From Bacillota bacterium (GTDB lineage: Bacteria > Bacillota > Desulfitobacteriia > Desulfitobacteriales > JAJXUE01), in the NCBI GenBank assembly GCA_021811155.1, contig JAJZPO010000004.1:1963-65962 (forward strand): DNA of 64,000 nt, given 5' to 3'. Position 1 is the first letter of the stretch. Each line of letters starts with the position of its first letter. Shown in pieces: positions 1 through 9,869 of this stretch. The position numbers and the translations under genes were made by a program. A model generated the notes under the pieces. The model worked only from the letters and a program-made list of their open reading frames with translations, had not been told where the DNA came from and did not search any database.

Positions 1-2090
1 TTCATCACATCGATCACGGGTCTGCCCTTCAAAACGTTGGAAATCGGGGTTCCCTGCATCATGTCCCCGGCGGCGAGGAGTACAGTCCGCTCATCGCCGT
101 AGGTTGCCCGCTCCTTATTCACTGCCCCGGCCAGGAGAGCCGCGTTGGCCTTCACTTTGCCGCCGGAAACATAATTGTCAATGTTGCCGTGGGTGTCGGT
201 AAGCTCGACCAGGTCAAAGAAACGCGGCATAGTCTGCCAGTTGTTGTCATATACAGGGTCCACACTGGTCTTGCCAGGGGTGATTTTGCCCGCGGCCATA
301 TCCTGGAAGTAGCTGATCATCAGGCTGCGTACCTGGCCGTCGTCTCCCAGGGCCTTCTGGGAATCATAGGTGATGTAGTTGGCTGCGTTGGGATCAGTTT
401 TTTGGGGCACGATACCTGCCGCAGCCAGGAAGCCGCCTCCGCCGTTTACCCTGTAGTTGTTCAGGGCCAGCTTAAACACATCCCCATCCTGCACCTCCCT
501 GCCATTGATTTGCAGTTTGGTGATCCTGGGTTCGCCGTTCGGGATAGGGACTCCTTTGGCATCGAACAGGCCCGTTTTGGTCAGGTCCACTGTATAGTCG
601 GCGCCCTGCAGGATGTCCAGGTTATAATCCGGCACAAAGGTGGCGCCGTCACCGTTGGTGGCGAGCTTGTAATCCCCGCTATTGTACTTTTGATAGTACC
701 TGCCCACGGACATTTCCAGGTACCTGCGCAGTTGAGCGCCCGTGACCTTGACGGTGAACAGGAAGTTTTCATAGATATAGACGGAAGACACATCCCCGAT
801 GGTTACAGTCCCCTTGGGAATCCTGGCCGTGGCGCTGAAGGGAGCCGCTACCGACAAATCGGCATCGCCGTAGTATCTCTGCACCTTGTTTACCAGATCC
901 ATCAGAGCCGTGTCTTTCACGGTCTGGCCGTTAGCCCGGAACTCGCCGGAAGCCGTGCCCACAGGAGTCTGCAGGTAGTTAAGGGCAGCCTGGTGGTAGG
1001 GCTGGGCCAGATTAACCAGACCCTGGTCCTCTGCAACACTCGCAGAGGCATTGAGGGACACGCCGCTAGCGCTGGACATGCTCCAGTTGCCATTGGCATC
1101 CTTGGTAAAGTTCATGGCTACTTCTTCCAGGTTGGCTGCGGCGTTCTTGGGCTCTACAATCCAGATCTGGTTCCGGTTGGTTGCTCCTGCAAGGCTGCCA
1201 TTGGTGCTTATAGCAGAATGAGTATGGCCGCAGAGAATGGCGTTCACTTCCGGGTTCGCGTTGGCGAAGGCAATTACCTCGTTTTCATTCGGGGTTGATT
1301 CCGTAGCCGGGTCATCCACCCCCACACCCGAATGGATAACCGCCACAATGGCATTGACTTTTAGGTCACTTTGCAGCTACTTGACCCATTTCGTCCCTTC
1401 AGTGACGATGTCGGCAAACTGCAGGCCGTCATAATTCTGGCTGCTTTCCCAGTTCGGAATGGCAGGAGTGGTGAGACCCAAAATCGCGGCTTTGAAGTCA
1501 TTCCCGTCCGGGTCCTTAAAGGTCTTGATTATATAGGGTTTTACCTTGCTCCATACCGGCTGCCCCCCGGTCACCGGGTCCTGCGTTGGGGCGTTTTTGT
1601 CCAGGGTGTTGGCCGAGAGCACGGCGATATTCGCGGCTGCGGCTTTGTCAATCACAGCTCCCAGCGTGCCCAGACCGAAATTGAATTCATGGTTGCCCAA
1701 AGTCCAGGCATCATAGTTTAAATACCTGAAGGCGTCAATCATCGGGTAGTTTTTGGACGGGTCGCTCATCCAGGCAGTATCCACTTTGTTGTAGTAATAG
1801 ACGAGCGGCGTTCCCTGGATGGTGTCACCGGCGTCTACCAGGATATTGTTGGGGTATTTTCCCCGTTCCTGGCTGATCAAAGTGGCTATTCTGGTCAGGC
1901 CCGTTGCGGGCGCTTTGGTAAAATAGTTCCAACCCATGAGCTGACCGTGCAAATCTGAAGTCCCTAACAAAGCGATGGTCAAAGTTGCAGGAGTCGTTGC
2001 CGCAAAAGCGCCCGCCGGAAATACGATGGTCAAAAGCATCATCGTCAGAACAAGCAGGCTTAGAATCCGGCGTCTAACCCTTGTACCCAT
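1..2090 (-). CDS. Secreted YfkN/CpdB-like 2',3'-cyclic-nucleotide phosphodiesterase / 5'-nucleotidase with tandem metallophosphoesterase + 5'-nucleotidase_C modules. The 3' end lies beyond the window. Interrupted by one in-frame TAG at 1377-1379.
   Basis: Start ATG 2090 follows GAAGGAGAGGAG. Signal peptide MGTRVRRRILSLLVLTMMLLTIVFPAGAFA. Motifs GTSDLHG, DAGDTIQG and GNHEFN lie upstream of the TAG. Manual translation of the same frame below 1377 runs with no further stop to position 3. It encodes ILCGHTHSAI, YENFLFTVKVTGAQLRRYLE, LNNYRVNGGGGF, then a second module LTDTHGN...GDMMQGTP. Confidence 0.8.
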
Positions 2091-2324
2091 TGGTTTCTCT
2101 CCTCTCCTTCTTTTGGCATCCCTGGCTGCGACTGGCCCTGTTATTTCCACCTCCCCCACGGGTTGGACACCTCAGGCCAACCAATTTAAGCTTATTTGGC
2201 TTGCCGAAAGGATTCCACCCCTTTTTTCCAGCTTATTTCGGGGTCTGATGCGCCAAAGTCCAAGCAACTGCCTGCTTTGTCCATAGGGCTTTTATCTTTA
2301 TACATGTTTCGCTAAGGACAGGGC

Positions 2325-2368
2325 GAAAAAAACTGCATCCGCTGGTTAACAGCGGAATGCAGTTTTTA
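2325..2368. terminator. Bidirectional rho-independent terminator closing the gcv/lipoylation operon
   Basis: Stem ACTGCATCCGCTG / CAGCGGAATGCAGT with one bulge, loop GTTAA, flanked by an A7 run and a T5 run. Lies 55 nt past the lplA-like stop. Confidence 0.7.
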
Positions 2369-2422
2369 TTTCCATATGCATTTTCAGCCGCTTTCTGCCT
2401 GTTGCTGGGTTGGGCAGTCCGA

Positions 2423-3232
2423 CTACCTCTTGCGGGTAAATTCTTCGTTGCCGTATTTGCTCTCCGCCAGTTCCCGGGCCAGGGCCGTTTCCCGCCGGCT
2501 CAACTCCCCGCTCGCCAGTTCCACCCCAAAAGCTGCGGCGAAGCCGGCGCTTACCGCCTCTATCACTTCCGCGTCACTCAGGCCCCGGCCAGCCGCCTCC
2601 TCCAGCGAGCAGGCCTTGCGCCGGAACCCATCTTTCAGTCTGTCTCTTACCTCCTCACTCGGGAAGGACAAGACTGCAAACAAAGTATCCGCATCCATAT
2701 CCCTGATGATTGAGCCGTGCTGCAGCACGATGCCGTTTTTCCTCGTCTGGGCGCTCCCCACCGCCTTTCTCCCCCCCACAGTCATTTCGTAAAAAGACGG
2801 GGAGTCAAAACAGGCGGCCGTACCCAGCTTATCCAGGTCTTTGTGGGAAACAATCTCCGCCGGGATGCCCAGCTTCTGCAGGCCCAAGAGCAGCCCCCGG
2901 CTGATTTTGAGATAGGACTCCAGGATCGTGCCGCTCACCAGGGGATCATCTTCCCGGGCGATGATACTGTAGGTTACCTCCCGGTCGTGCAGGATGGCCC
3001 TGCCTCCCGTGGGCCGCCGCACTACATCGATCCCTCGGGCACGGCACTCGTCCCAGTCCACCTCTTCTGCCCTCTGGGCATAACCCAGGGAAAGGCAGGC
3101 GGGCTTCCAGCCGTAAAACCTTACCGTAGGAGGCGCTTCCCCAGCCGCCACCGCCAAGGCAATCCCCTCGTCCACCGCCATATTCATCGCCCCGGTTTGG
3201 TAGCCGCTGAATAACACTCGCCACTGCTGCAT
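2423..3232 (-). CDS. lplA: Lipoate/octanoate-protein ligase (LplA/LipM family)
   Basis: 269 aa. Biotin/lipoate A/B ligase-like sequence (VRRPTGGRAILHD...GRKAVGSAQTR). RBS AAGGAGAAG sits 12 nt after the upstream stop. Confidence 0.8.
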   Translation of the reverse strand: MQQWRVLFSGYQTGAMNMAVDEGIALAVAAGEAPPTVRFYGWKPACLSLGYAQRAEEVDWDECRARGIDVVRRPTGGRAILHDREVTYSIIAREDDPLVSGTILESYLKISRGLLLGLQKLGIPAEIVSHKDLDKLGTAACFDSPSFYEMTVGGRKAVGSAQTRKNGIVLQHGSIIRDMDADTLFAVLSFPSEEVRDRLKDGFRRKACSLEEAAGRGLSDAEVIEAVSAGFAAAFGVELASGELSRRETALARELAESKYGNEEFTRKR

Positions 3233-3244
3233 GCAAACTTCTCC

Positions 3245-4189
3245 TTAATCCAGTCTAAGTTCCTCCAGGGCCTGCCGGCATTGTTCCGGTGTCAGGGGAA
3301 CCGGGTAGTTGTACATGACTCCGCCCGGCTTTTCGTTGTAGTAGGGCCGGTTGCAGTCCGGGCAGCCGGAGGTGCGGAACCCCTCACCGTCGGCCAAAAC
3401 CTCCCGCCACCCAGGCAGGCCGAAATCCCTGAGCCTCCCCCCGGCGAACTTCATCCTCTCCGCACGGGCCAGTCCGCGGACTATCAAGTGCCGCGCCGCC
3501 TGAATCCGCCGGTAATGGTCCAGGGTAGGAGGTTCCTGCAGTTCCAGGCGGGTCCCCTTCACCGGAGTAAAAGCAAACAGGGCCACGGTGACCCCCATGT
3601 CCGCCATTTCCTGCACGGTGTTTAGCATCTCTGCTTCCGTCTCGCCCAGCCCCACAATCAAATGGGTGGCAATCCGCCCGGGAAACTGCCTGGCTGCCTC
3701 CTGGAGCAGGGTATGCTTCTGGGACCAGGAACCGCCCTTGTGGTCCGTAAAGACCCGTTCGCAGGCCGCGTCCAGGGCTATGCTCACATGGTCTGCGCCC
3801 TGTTCCAGGAGTTCCCCCACCGCCTCAAGGCTTCCGACGGCGCAGGAAACGCAGACCGGTATGCGGGACTTGCTGTTGAGCCTGCGCAGGAAATCCCGGG
3901 TCTCCTGCAGGGCATCTTGGGAATTGACCACCTGCAGGCAAGCCCGTTTCAGGCTGTCCGAGGCATAGGCCCTAGCCACTCCCTCCAGTACGGCTTCCCC
4001 ATCGTAACCGGGCCAGGTCACCCGGGAGAGCAGGTCTGCCCTGGAACTGCTGCCCCTGGCCTGGGGACAGAAGGAACAGTCGTGGCTGCAGCGCTCTCCG
4101 GTCATCAGGTATGCCGTTGTGGGCAGGGCCTCGGTCTTTAATTCTTTCAATCCCAGTACTTTGGCCGTGCCGGCGGAACATTTAATCAT
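3245..4189 (-). CDS. Radical SAM protein, candidate LipS1/LipS2-type lipoyl synthase component
   Basis: CX3CX2C motif CSHDCSFC plus C-terminal Cys cluster SGCPDCN. The start ATG overlaps the upstream TGA as ATGA (4186-4189). The track ORF extends to a GTG at 4201. Confidence 0.6.
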   Translation of the reverse strand: MIKCSAGTAKVLGLKELKTEALPTTAYLMTGERCSHDCSFCPQARGSSSRADLLSRVTWPGYDGEAVLEGVARAYASDSLKRACLQVVNSQDALQETRDFLRRLNSKSRIPVCVSCAVGSLEAVGELLEQGADHVSIALDAACERVFTDHKGGSWSQKHTLLQEAARQFPGRIATHLIVGLGETEAEMLNTVQEMADMGVTVALFAFTPVKGTRLELQEPPTLDHYRRIQAARHLIVRGLARAERMKFAGGRLRDFGLPGWREVLADGEGFRTSGCPDCNRPYYNEKPGGVMYNYPVPLTPEQCRQALEELRLD

Positions 4190-5076
4190 AAGACACAGCA
4201 CTCCTCTCCGCGGCTCGCTTTTAACCCCAACTCCCGGGCCAGTTCCACTGCTGCCCTGGTGGGCACCACAATTTTGTTTACGCCGCAGCGCACCGCCGCC
4301 AGGTCCAGTTCCTGGCGGTACCTGCCCTTGGGCCGCATACAGCCCAGGTAAATCGGTTTGGCGGGAAAGCGCAGCCTGGCTTCCGCCAGGAGCCTCACCG
4401 TTTCTTCCAGGCGTGGGGGCTGTCTGTCCGCATAGCGGGTGCCGGGTGTAGGAATAAATACAATGAAGACAAGCCCGTCAACCCCTTCCTGTTCCAATAG
4501 GTCCAGGGCCCGGTATTCCCCGGCCAGCTCTCCTCCCTTTAAGCCGATACAGATATGGGGCAGTACCTTGACTCTCTGCCTCAGCGCCCGGTAGCTGTGC
4601 AGGTAATCCTCCGCCCGGCGGCCCAGCCCGAAGACCTCCCGGATTGTGGGGTCATCGGCCACGAAATCAAAGGATACTACATCCGCCAGTTCCCGCAGCT
4701 TCTCCGCTTCAGCCTCGTTCACCAGTCCCACGTGGAAATTCAGTCTTTTGCTCTGCTTCATGTCCTGGATAAACGGAAGCTGGTGCAGAAAGGGCACCTT
4801 GCCCTGGGCATCGCACCCCCCGCTGATCAGACAGCTCTTGGGGGCTGCGGTTCCGTCCCCGGCAGAGTCGCGCTGCGTGACTTCTTCTACGCTCTTCATC
4901 CCATCCAGGTAGTGCCCGCCGCAATGGGCGCAGTCCAGTGAGCAGTTTTTGCCCGTAAGCGTGACCACTTGCGTGGCCTCAGGGTAATCAAACTCAATCT
5001 CCGCCGGAAAATTCAGCTGCCGTATGGCCCATGCCTTATCAATTAATTCTTTTGTCTGCTGTGAAAATTCCATCAT
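4186..5076 (-). CDS. Radical SAM protein, candidate LipS1/LipS2-type lipoyl synthase component
   Basis: CX3CX2C motif CSLDCAHC and a C-terminal EECCVL. Lies directly upstream of, and translationally coupled to, the second radical SAM gene. Confidence 0.6.
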   Translation of the reverse strand: MMEFSQQTKELIDKAWAIRQLNFPAEIEFDYPEATQVVTLTGKNCSLDCAHCGGHYLDGMKSVEEVTQRDSAGDGTAAPKSCLISGGCDAQGKVPFLHQLPFIQDMKQSKRLNFHVGLVNEAEAEKLRELADVVSFDFVADDPTIREVFGLGRRAEDYLHSYRALRQRVKVLPHICIGLKGGELAGEYRALDLLEQEGVDGLVFIVFIPTPGTRYADRQPPRLEETVRLLAEARLRFPAKPIYLGCMRPKGRYRQELDLAAVRCGVNKIVVPTRAAVELARELGLKASRGEECCVL

Positions 5077-5211
5077 GGCATGAACTCCCTTCCGAGGTTT
5101 TTGTTCACATTACCCACCATCCACACCGGGGCCTCATCATTTTTTCGACTCCGGCCCCGGAATCTCCTGGCAGAAGTGACTCAGGGTGCCTGTAGCGGCA
5201 CCCTGCTCAAG

Positions 5212-6675
5212 TTAGGATGTTTTTTTCCAGCGCACGTTCGGCTTGCGGGCCGCGGCGGCCTCGTCCAGGCGGGATACCACCGTGGTGTGGGGCGCCTCTA
5301 TCACCTGCTGCGGGTTTTCCCTGATCTCCCGCGCAATCTCTATCAGAACCTCTGCGAACCGGTCCAGGGTCTCCTTGCTCTCGCTCTCCGTGGGCTCGAT
5401 CATCATCGCTTCCTCCACAATGAGCGGGAAGTAAATCGTGGGCGGGTGATAGCCGAAATCCAGCAGACGCTTGGCGATGTCCAGGGTGTGCACTCCCTGC
5501 TCTTTAAAGTTTTTCGGCGTGATAATGAATTCGTGCTTGCAGTAACGGTCAAAGGGCAGGTAATAATGCTCCTTGAGAACCGCCATCAGGTAATTGGCAT
5601 TCAGGACGGCATTCTCACTAACCTCTTTCAGCCCCTCCCCGCCGATGGCGCGGATATAGGTGTAGGCTTTCACCGCCACCCCGAAGTTGCCGTAGAAGGA
5701 GCGAACCTTGCCGATGGAATGGGGTTTGTCGAAGTCGAGGAAAAACTCACCGGCAGTGTTTTTCTCAACTGTGGGCCTGGGCAGATATGGAGCCAGGAAT
5801 TCCTTGACTCCCACCGGGCCGCTCCCCGGCCCCCCGCCGCCATGGGGGGTGGAAAAGGTCTTGTGCAGGTTCAGGTGCACCACGTCAAAGCCCATGTCCC
5901 CCGGACGGGCGATGCCCATAATAGCGTTGGCGTTGGCCCCGTCATAATAGACCAGACCTCCGGCAGCATGGATAATATCAGCAATTTCCTTGATGTTCTC
6001 ATCGAAGAGACCCAAGGTGTTCGGGTTGGTCAGCATCAGGGCCGCTGTTTCCTCATTGACGGCAGCCCTCAGGGCTTCCAAGTCCACCCCGCCCCGCTCG
6101 TTGGACTTGACCTGGACGGTTTCAAAACCGCACAGGGCCGCAGTAGCCGGATTGGTGCCGTGGGCTGAATCCGGCACGATCACCTTGGTCCGCTTCTTGT
6201 CGCCCCGGTGGGCATGGTAGGCCTTGACAATCATGATCCCGGTCATCTCGCCGTGGGCCCCGGCGGCCGGCTGGAGAGTCATCCGGTCCATACCGGTTAT
6301 TTCCGCCAGGTAAGATTCCAGTTCATACATCAGTTGGAGTGAGCCTTGGGAGAGTTCCTCGGGCTGGTAGGGGTGGGAGAAAGCAAATCCCGGCAGCCGG
6401 GCCATATCCTCATTCACCTTGGGGTTGTACTTCATGGTGCAGGAACCCAGGGGATAAAAGCCCGTGTCCACTCCGTGGTTGAGGTTGGAGAGCCTGGTGT
6501 AGTGGCGTACGATGTCCACTTCCGAGACCTGAGGCAGTTCCGGTGCTTCCTGCCTTACCATGCCTTCAGGGACAAGGTCCGACACCTCCAGAGCGGGCAC
6601 ATCCAGTTCCGGCAGGTCCATGCCTGTCCGGCCTGGGGCGCTTAATTCAAAAATCGTCGGTTCCGGTCCTCTCAT
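5212..6675 (-). CDS. gcvPB: Glycine dehydrogenase (decarboxylating) subunit 2
   Basis: 487 aa, full-length P-protein beta subunit sequence. ATGA overlap with the gcvPA stop. Confidence 0.95.
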   Translation of the reverse strand: MRGPEPTIFELSAPGRTGMDLPELDVPALEVSDLVPEGMVRQEAPELPQVSEVDIVRHYTRLSNLNHGVDTGFYPLGSCTMKYNPKVNEDMARLPGFAFSHPYQPEELSQGSLQLMYELESYLAEITGMDRMTLQPAAGAHGEMTGIMIVKAYHAHRGDKKRTKVIVPDSAHGTNPATAALCGFETVQVKSNERGGVDLEALRAAVNEETAALMLTNPNTLGLFDENIKEIADIIHAAGGLVYYDGANANAIMGIARPGDMGFDVVHLNLHKTFSTPHGGGGPGSGPVGVKEFLAPYLPRPTVEKNTAGEFFLDFDKPHSIGKVRSFYGNFGVAVKAYTYIRAIGGEGLKEVSENAVLNANYLMAVLKEHYYLPFDRYCKHEFIITPKNFKEQGVHTLDIAKRLLDFGYHPPTIYFPLIVEEAMMIEPTESESKETLDRFAEVLIEIAREIRENPQQVIEAPHTTVVSRLDEAAAARKPNVRWKKTS

Positions 6676-8012
6676 CTTATCCCCTCCAGTCTGGCCACCA
6701 AGCGGTCGATATCTGCCTTGCTCTTGGTCTCAGTTACACAGAAGAGCAGGTGGTTCTGCAATTCAGGGAAGAACCTGCCCAGGTCAAGCCCGCCCAGGAT
6801 TTTATCCTTTAACAGTTCGGCGTTGATCCTGGCCGGTTCCATGTCGGTCTTAACGACAAATTCATTAAAGTAAGGCGTGGGAAAAGCCGGTTCGAAGCCG
6901 GGCAGGGCAGAGATCCGGGCTGCGGCGTAGTGGGCTTTCTGCAGGTTCAGACGGGAAAGTTTGCCGATGCCTGCTTTGCCCAGGGCGCCTAAGTGCATAG
7001 TAAAGGCCAGTGCGCACAGCGCTTCATTCGAGCAGATATTGGAAGTGGCCTTCTCGCGCCGGATGTGCTGCTCGCGGGCCTGCAGGGTAAGCACGAAGGC
7101 CCGCTTGCCGTTTCTGTCCACGGTGGCGCCCACGATGCGTCCCGGCATGCGGCGCATATACTTCTCCTTGCAGGCCATGAAGCCAAGATAAGGCCCGCCA
7201 AAGCTGACCGGGTTGCCGAAGGGCTGACCCTCTCCCACCACGATATCCGCGCCGTAATCTCCCGGCGCCTTTAACAGTCCCAGGGACACGGGGTTGACAG
7301 AAACTGCAAGCAACGCGCCCGCAGCATGGGCAGCCTGGGCCAGACTGGCCCCGTCTTCGATGGAGCCGAAGAAGTTCGGGTTTTGTACCAGTACGGCTGC
7401 GGTTTTACTGCTGATCAGCTTTTCCAGGGTGGTCAGGTCAGTGACACCGTTGGCATAGGGAATTTCCAGAATCTCCACATCCCGGCCATAGAGGTAGGTG
7501 CGGATCACCTCACGGTGTTCCGGGTGGATGGTCTGGGAAACTATGACCTGGTTGCGCCGGGTGCTGTCACAGGCCATGAGGCCCGCTTCCGCCAGGGCCG
7601 AAGCCCCGTCATACATAGAAGCGTTGGCGACATCCATGCCTGTAAGCTCGCAGACCATGGTCTGGAATTCGTAAATTGCGGTCAAAGTGCCCTGGCTGAT
7701 TTCGGGCTGGTAGGGCGTATATGCGGTGTAAAATTCGGAGCGCAGCAAAAGCTGGTTGACAAAGCTCGGAATGTAGTGCTCATAGGCCCCTGCCCCCAGG
7801 AAGGACAGGTAGCCGTCCATGTCAGCATTCTTGCCGGCCAGGCCACGCACGTGGCGCACCAGTTCCTGCTCCGGCAGGCCGGGGGGTATGTCCAGGGGTC
7901 TCTGCAAGGTGACGTTTTCGAGTACGTCACTGAACAGTTCTCCCACGCTTTTCGCCCCTATCCGCTGCAGCATCTCCTGGCGCTGTTCGGTGGAGTTCGG
8001 GATAAAATTCAT
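6672..8012 (-). CDS. gcvPA: Glycine dehydrogenase (decarboxylating) subunit 1
   Basis: 446 aa P-protein alpha subunit. RBS GAGGAGGAG. Confidence 0.95.
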   Translation of the reverse strand: MNFIPNSTEQRQEMLQRIGAKSVGELFSDVLENVTLQRPLDIPPGLPEQELVRHVRGLAGKNADMDGYLSFLGAGAYEHYIPSFVNQLLLRSEFYTAYTPYQPEISQGTLTAIYEFQTMVCELTGMDVANASMYDGASALAEAGLMACDSTRRNQVIVSQTIHPEHREVIRTYLYGRDVEILEIPYANGVTDLTTLEKLISSKTAAVLVQNPNFFGSIEDGASLAQAAHAAGALLAVSVNPVSLGLLKAPGDYGADIVVGEGQPFGNPVSFGGPYLGFMACKEKYMRRMPGRIVGATVDRNGKRAFVLTLQAREQHIRREKATSNICSNEALCALAFTMHLGALGKAGIGKLSRLNLQKAHYAAARISALPGFEPAFPTPYFNEFVVKTDMEPARINAELLKDKILGGLDLGRFFPELQNHLLFCVTETKSKADIDRLVARLEGIR

Positions 8013-8015
8013 GGC

Positions 8016-8402
8016 TTAATGCTCCTCCTCTTGCAGGAAGGCCTCGTACCCGGCGGCATCCATCAGGCCCTCCAGCTGGGCAGGGTCTGCCAGCTCAACT
8101 TCCACCATCCAGGCTTCGCCGAAGGCATCTTTGTTCACGGTTTCGGGCGAATCCAGCAGGGCTTCGTTGATGGCAGTCACGGTACCGCTCACCGGGGCGT
8201 AGATGTCTGAAACGGCCTTGACCGATTCAACCACACCGAAAGGTTTGCCCTCTTCAATGCTGTCCCCGGCCTGGGGCAGTTCGACAAAAACCACATCCCC
8301 CAGGGCATGCTGGGCATGGTCGGTGATGCCGATAACGGCCTTGTTCCCTTCGACTCTCACCCACTCGTGTTCTTTGGTGTACTTCAAATTAGCAGGGTTC
8401 AC
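8016..8402 (-). CDS. gcvH: Glycine cleavage system H protein
   Basis: 128 aa. Lipoyl-lysine motif ESVKAVSD. GTG start after AAGGAGG. Confidence 0.95.
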   Translation of the reverse strand: MNPANLKYTKEHEWVRVEGNKAVIGITDHAQHALGDVVFVELPQAGDSIEEGKPFGVVESVKAVSDIYAPVSGTVTAINEALLDSPETVNKDAFGEAWMVEVELADPAQLEGLMDAAGYEAFLQEEEH

Positions 8403-8444
8403 AGTTAAAACCTCCTTAATTATTAACTCATTTTACGCTACTTG

Positions 8445-8475
8445 GAGTCACTTGGGGACGGTTCTCCACTGACTC
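8445..8475. repeat. Hairpin with conserved 12-nt loop core (GGGGACGGTTCT on +), copy 1 of 3
   Basis: GAGTCA-ctt-GGGGACGGTTCT-ccac-TGACTC. The same stem and inverted loop occur at 47739-47769. The same loop with a different stem occurs at 48486-48516. Confidence 0.75.
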
Positions 8476-8570
8476 AAAATCCCCCACGAATACCGGGGAC
8501 GCCTCTGCCGTCTGCGCAGGTGTGCCTCACTATGCTACAAAGACCAACTCAAGAATTCTGACTTCTGCCC

Positions 8571-8664
8571 TGAAACAAGCCTTTTGGGTCCGCTAGGGTC
8601 GAATTTTCTTTCTGCTGCGTTCAGCAGAAAGAAAATTCACCCTTAAGCTTACCGGCCTGTTTCA
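8571..8664. repeat. Long imperfect palindrome (~45-bp arms) with a perfect 17-bp inner stem
   Basis: GAATTTTCTTTCTGCTG (8601-8617) / CAGCAGAAAGAAAATTC (8622-8638) around loop CGTT. The outer arms TGAAACAAGCC... / ...GGCCTGTTTCA pair imperfectly. Confidence 0.85.
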
Positions 8665-8718
8665 TTCATCAGTGGTGCCGTGAAGCGGCATGCATGTCTG
8701 AATTCTGGATTCTGAATT
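8624..8718. repeat. Conserved ~90-nt intergenic element, copy 1 (paralog at 47261-47352)
   Basis: Manual alignment to 47261-47344 gives 76 of 84 identical positions. Ends in GAATTCT/GGATTCT heptads and abuts the gcvT stop codon. Confidence 0.8.
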
Positions 8719-9804
8719 CTAGCTTCTCCTGTAGAACGGCTTCGCTACGATCCGGGCCTTGACGCCTTTGCCGCGCACCATTACTTCGATCTCTTTGCCC
8801 ACCTGAGCTTCATTGGCGTCGATGAGTCCCAGACCGATGTTCTTTTCCAAAGTCGGGGAGAAAGAGCCTGAGGTGACGAAACCGATTTCCCGTCCTTCCA
8901 GGGCCAGTGGGTAGTGGCTGCGGGCGATGCCCCGGTCCACCATCTCGAAACCTACCGACTTGCGCGGCACCCCGCCGGCCTTCTGTGCTTCAAGGGCCTG
9001 TTTGCCGGTGAAATCAGCCTTGTCCAGTTTGACGAAGATGCCCAGGCCCGCCTCCAGAGGGCTGATGTCTTCACCCAGCTCATTCCCATAGAGGGGCAGA
9101 CAGGCTTCAAATCTCAGAGTGTCCCGGGCGCCCAGGCCGATGGGCTGGGCCCCCTCCGCCTGTCCGGCCTGCAGCACTTCATCCCAAAGCTTCAAGGCAA
9201 ATTCCGGGGCGAAGTAAAACTCGAAGCCGTCTTCCCCGGTATAACCGGTACGGGAAATCAGGCACTCAACCCCCGCAATCTTGCCGTAGGCAAACCAGTA
9301 ATACTTAATCTGGGCGAGATCAATGTCCGTTATCCGCTGCAAAATCTGTTCAGCCAGGGGCCCCTGGAAAGCGAGCTGAGCAGTTTGAGCTGAGATGTTC
9401 TCCACTTTGACCTCAAATCCTTGAGCCAACCTATCCACCCAGGCAAAATCCTTGTCGGTGTTGGACGCGTTGACCACCAGCAGGAAGTGGTCCGCCTCGT
9501 AGCGGTAAACCAGAAGGTCGTCCACTATGCCGCCTGTTTCGTAGCACATAGGCGAGTAGAGGATTTGGCCGTCAGCCAGTTTTGCCGCGTCGTTGGTAAT
9601 GAGCATGTTCACCATTTCCAGGGCCTGAGGGCCACGGACATCGATTTCCCCCATGTGGGAGACATCAAACAGTCCCGCCCTGGTCCGCACAGTGCGGTGT
9701 TCCTCCAGTATCCCGGCATACTGGACAGGCATCTCCCAGCCGCCAAAGTCAATCAGTTTAGCGCCGGCTTTGGCGTGGGCTTCGTATAAGGGTGTTCTTT
9801 TCAA
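8719..9804 (-). CDS. gcvT: Aminomethyltransferase (glycine cleavage T protein)
   Basis: Full-length GcvT sequence. Preferred start is TTG 9804 (MKRTPLYEAH) 5 nt after AGGAGGTG. The track ORF begins at GTG 9840. Confidence 0.95.
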   Translation of the reverse strand: MKRTPLYEAHAKAGAKLIDFGGWEMPVQYAGILEEHRTVRTRAGLFDVSHMGEIDVRGPQALEMVNMLITNDAAKLADGQILYSPMCYETGGIVDDLLVYRYEADHFLLVVNASNTDKDFAWVDRLAQGFEVKVENISAQTAQLAFQGPLAEQILQRITDIDLAQIKYYWFAYGKIAGVECLISRTGYTGEDGFEFYFAPEFALKLWDEVLQAGQAEGAQPIGLGARDTLRFEACLPLYGNELGEDISPLEAGLGIFVKLDKADFTGKQALEAQKAGGVPRKSVGFEMVDRGIARSHYPLALEGREIGFVTSGSFSPTLEKNIGLGLIDANEAQVGKEIEVMVRGKGVKARIVAKPFYRRS

Positions 9805-9869
9805 AGGCGCACCTCCTAAATTGTTGTTAGTTTTTCTCACCCTGGTCTTTTTAAACCGGAAGGGCTGTT

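Noticed and set aside
189-1298. 369-aa plus-strand ORF, the longest ORF listed at the left end
   Set aside because: Its codons are in exact antiparallel register with the minus-strand nucleotidase frame. Its translation is low-complexity (G/V/H/A-rich) with no motifs. The minus frame encodes clear 5'-nucleotidase domains. It is an antisense shadow ORF.
2091-2324. Long leader of the nucleotidase gene as a cyclic-dinucleotide or other riboswitch
   Set aside because: No conserved motif of the c-di-GMP, c-di-AMP (ydaO) or related classes could be recognised by eye. Left unannotated.
5080-8210. Long plus-strand ORFs 5080..6168 (362 aa) and 7326..8210 (294 aa)
   Set aside because: Antisense to gcvPB and gcvPA, whose identity is unambiguous. 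No RBS or recognisable domains.
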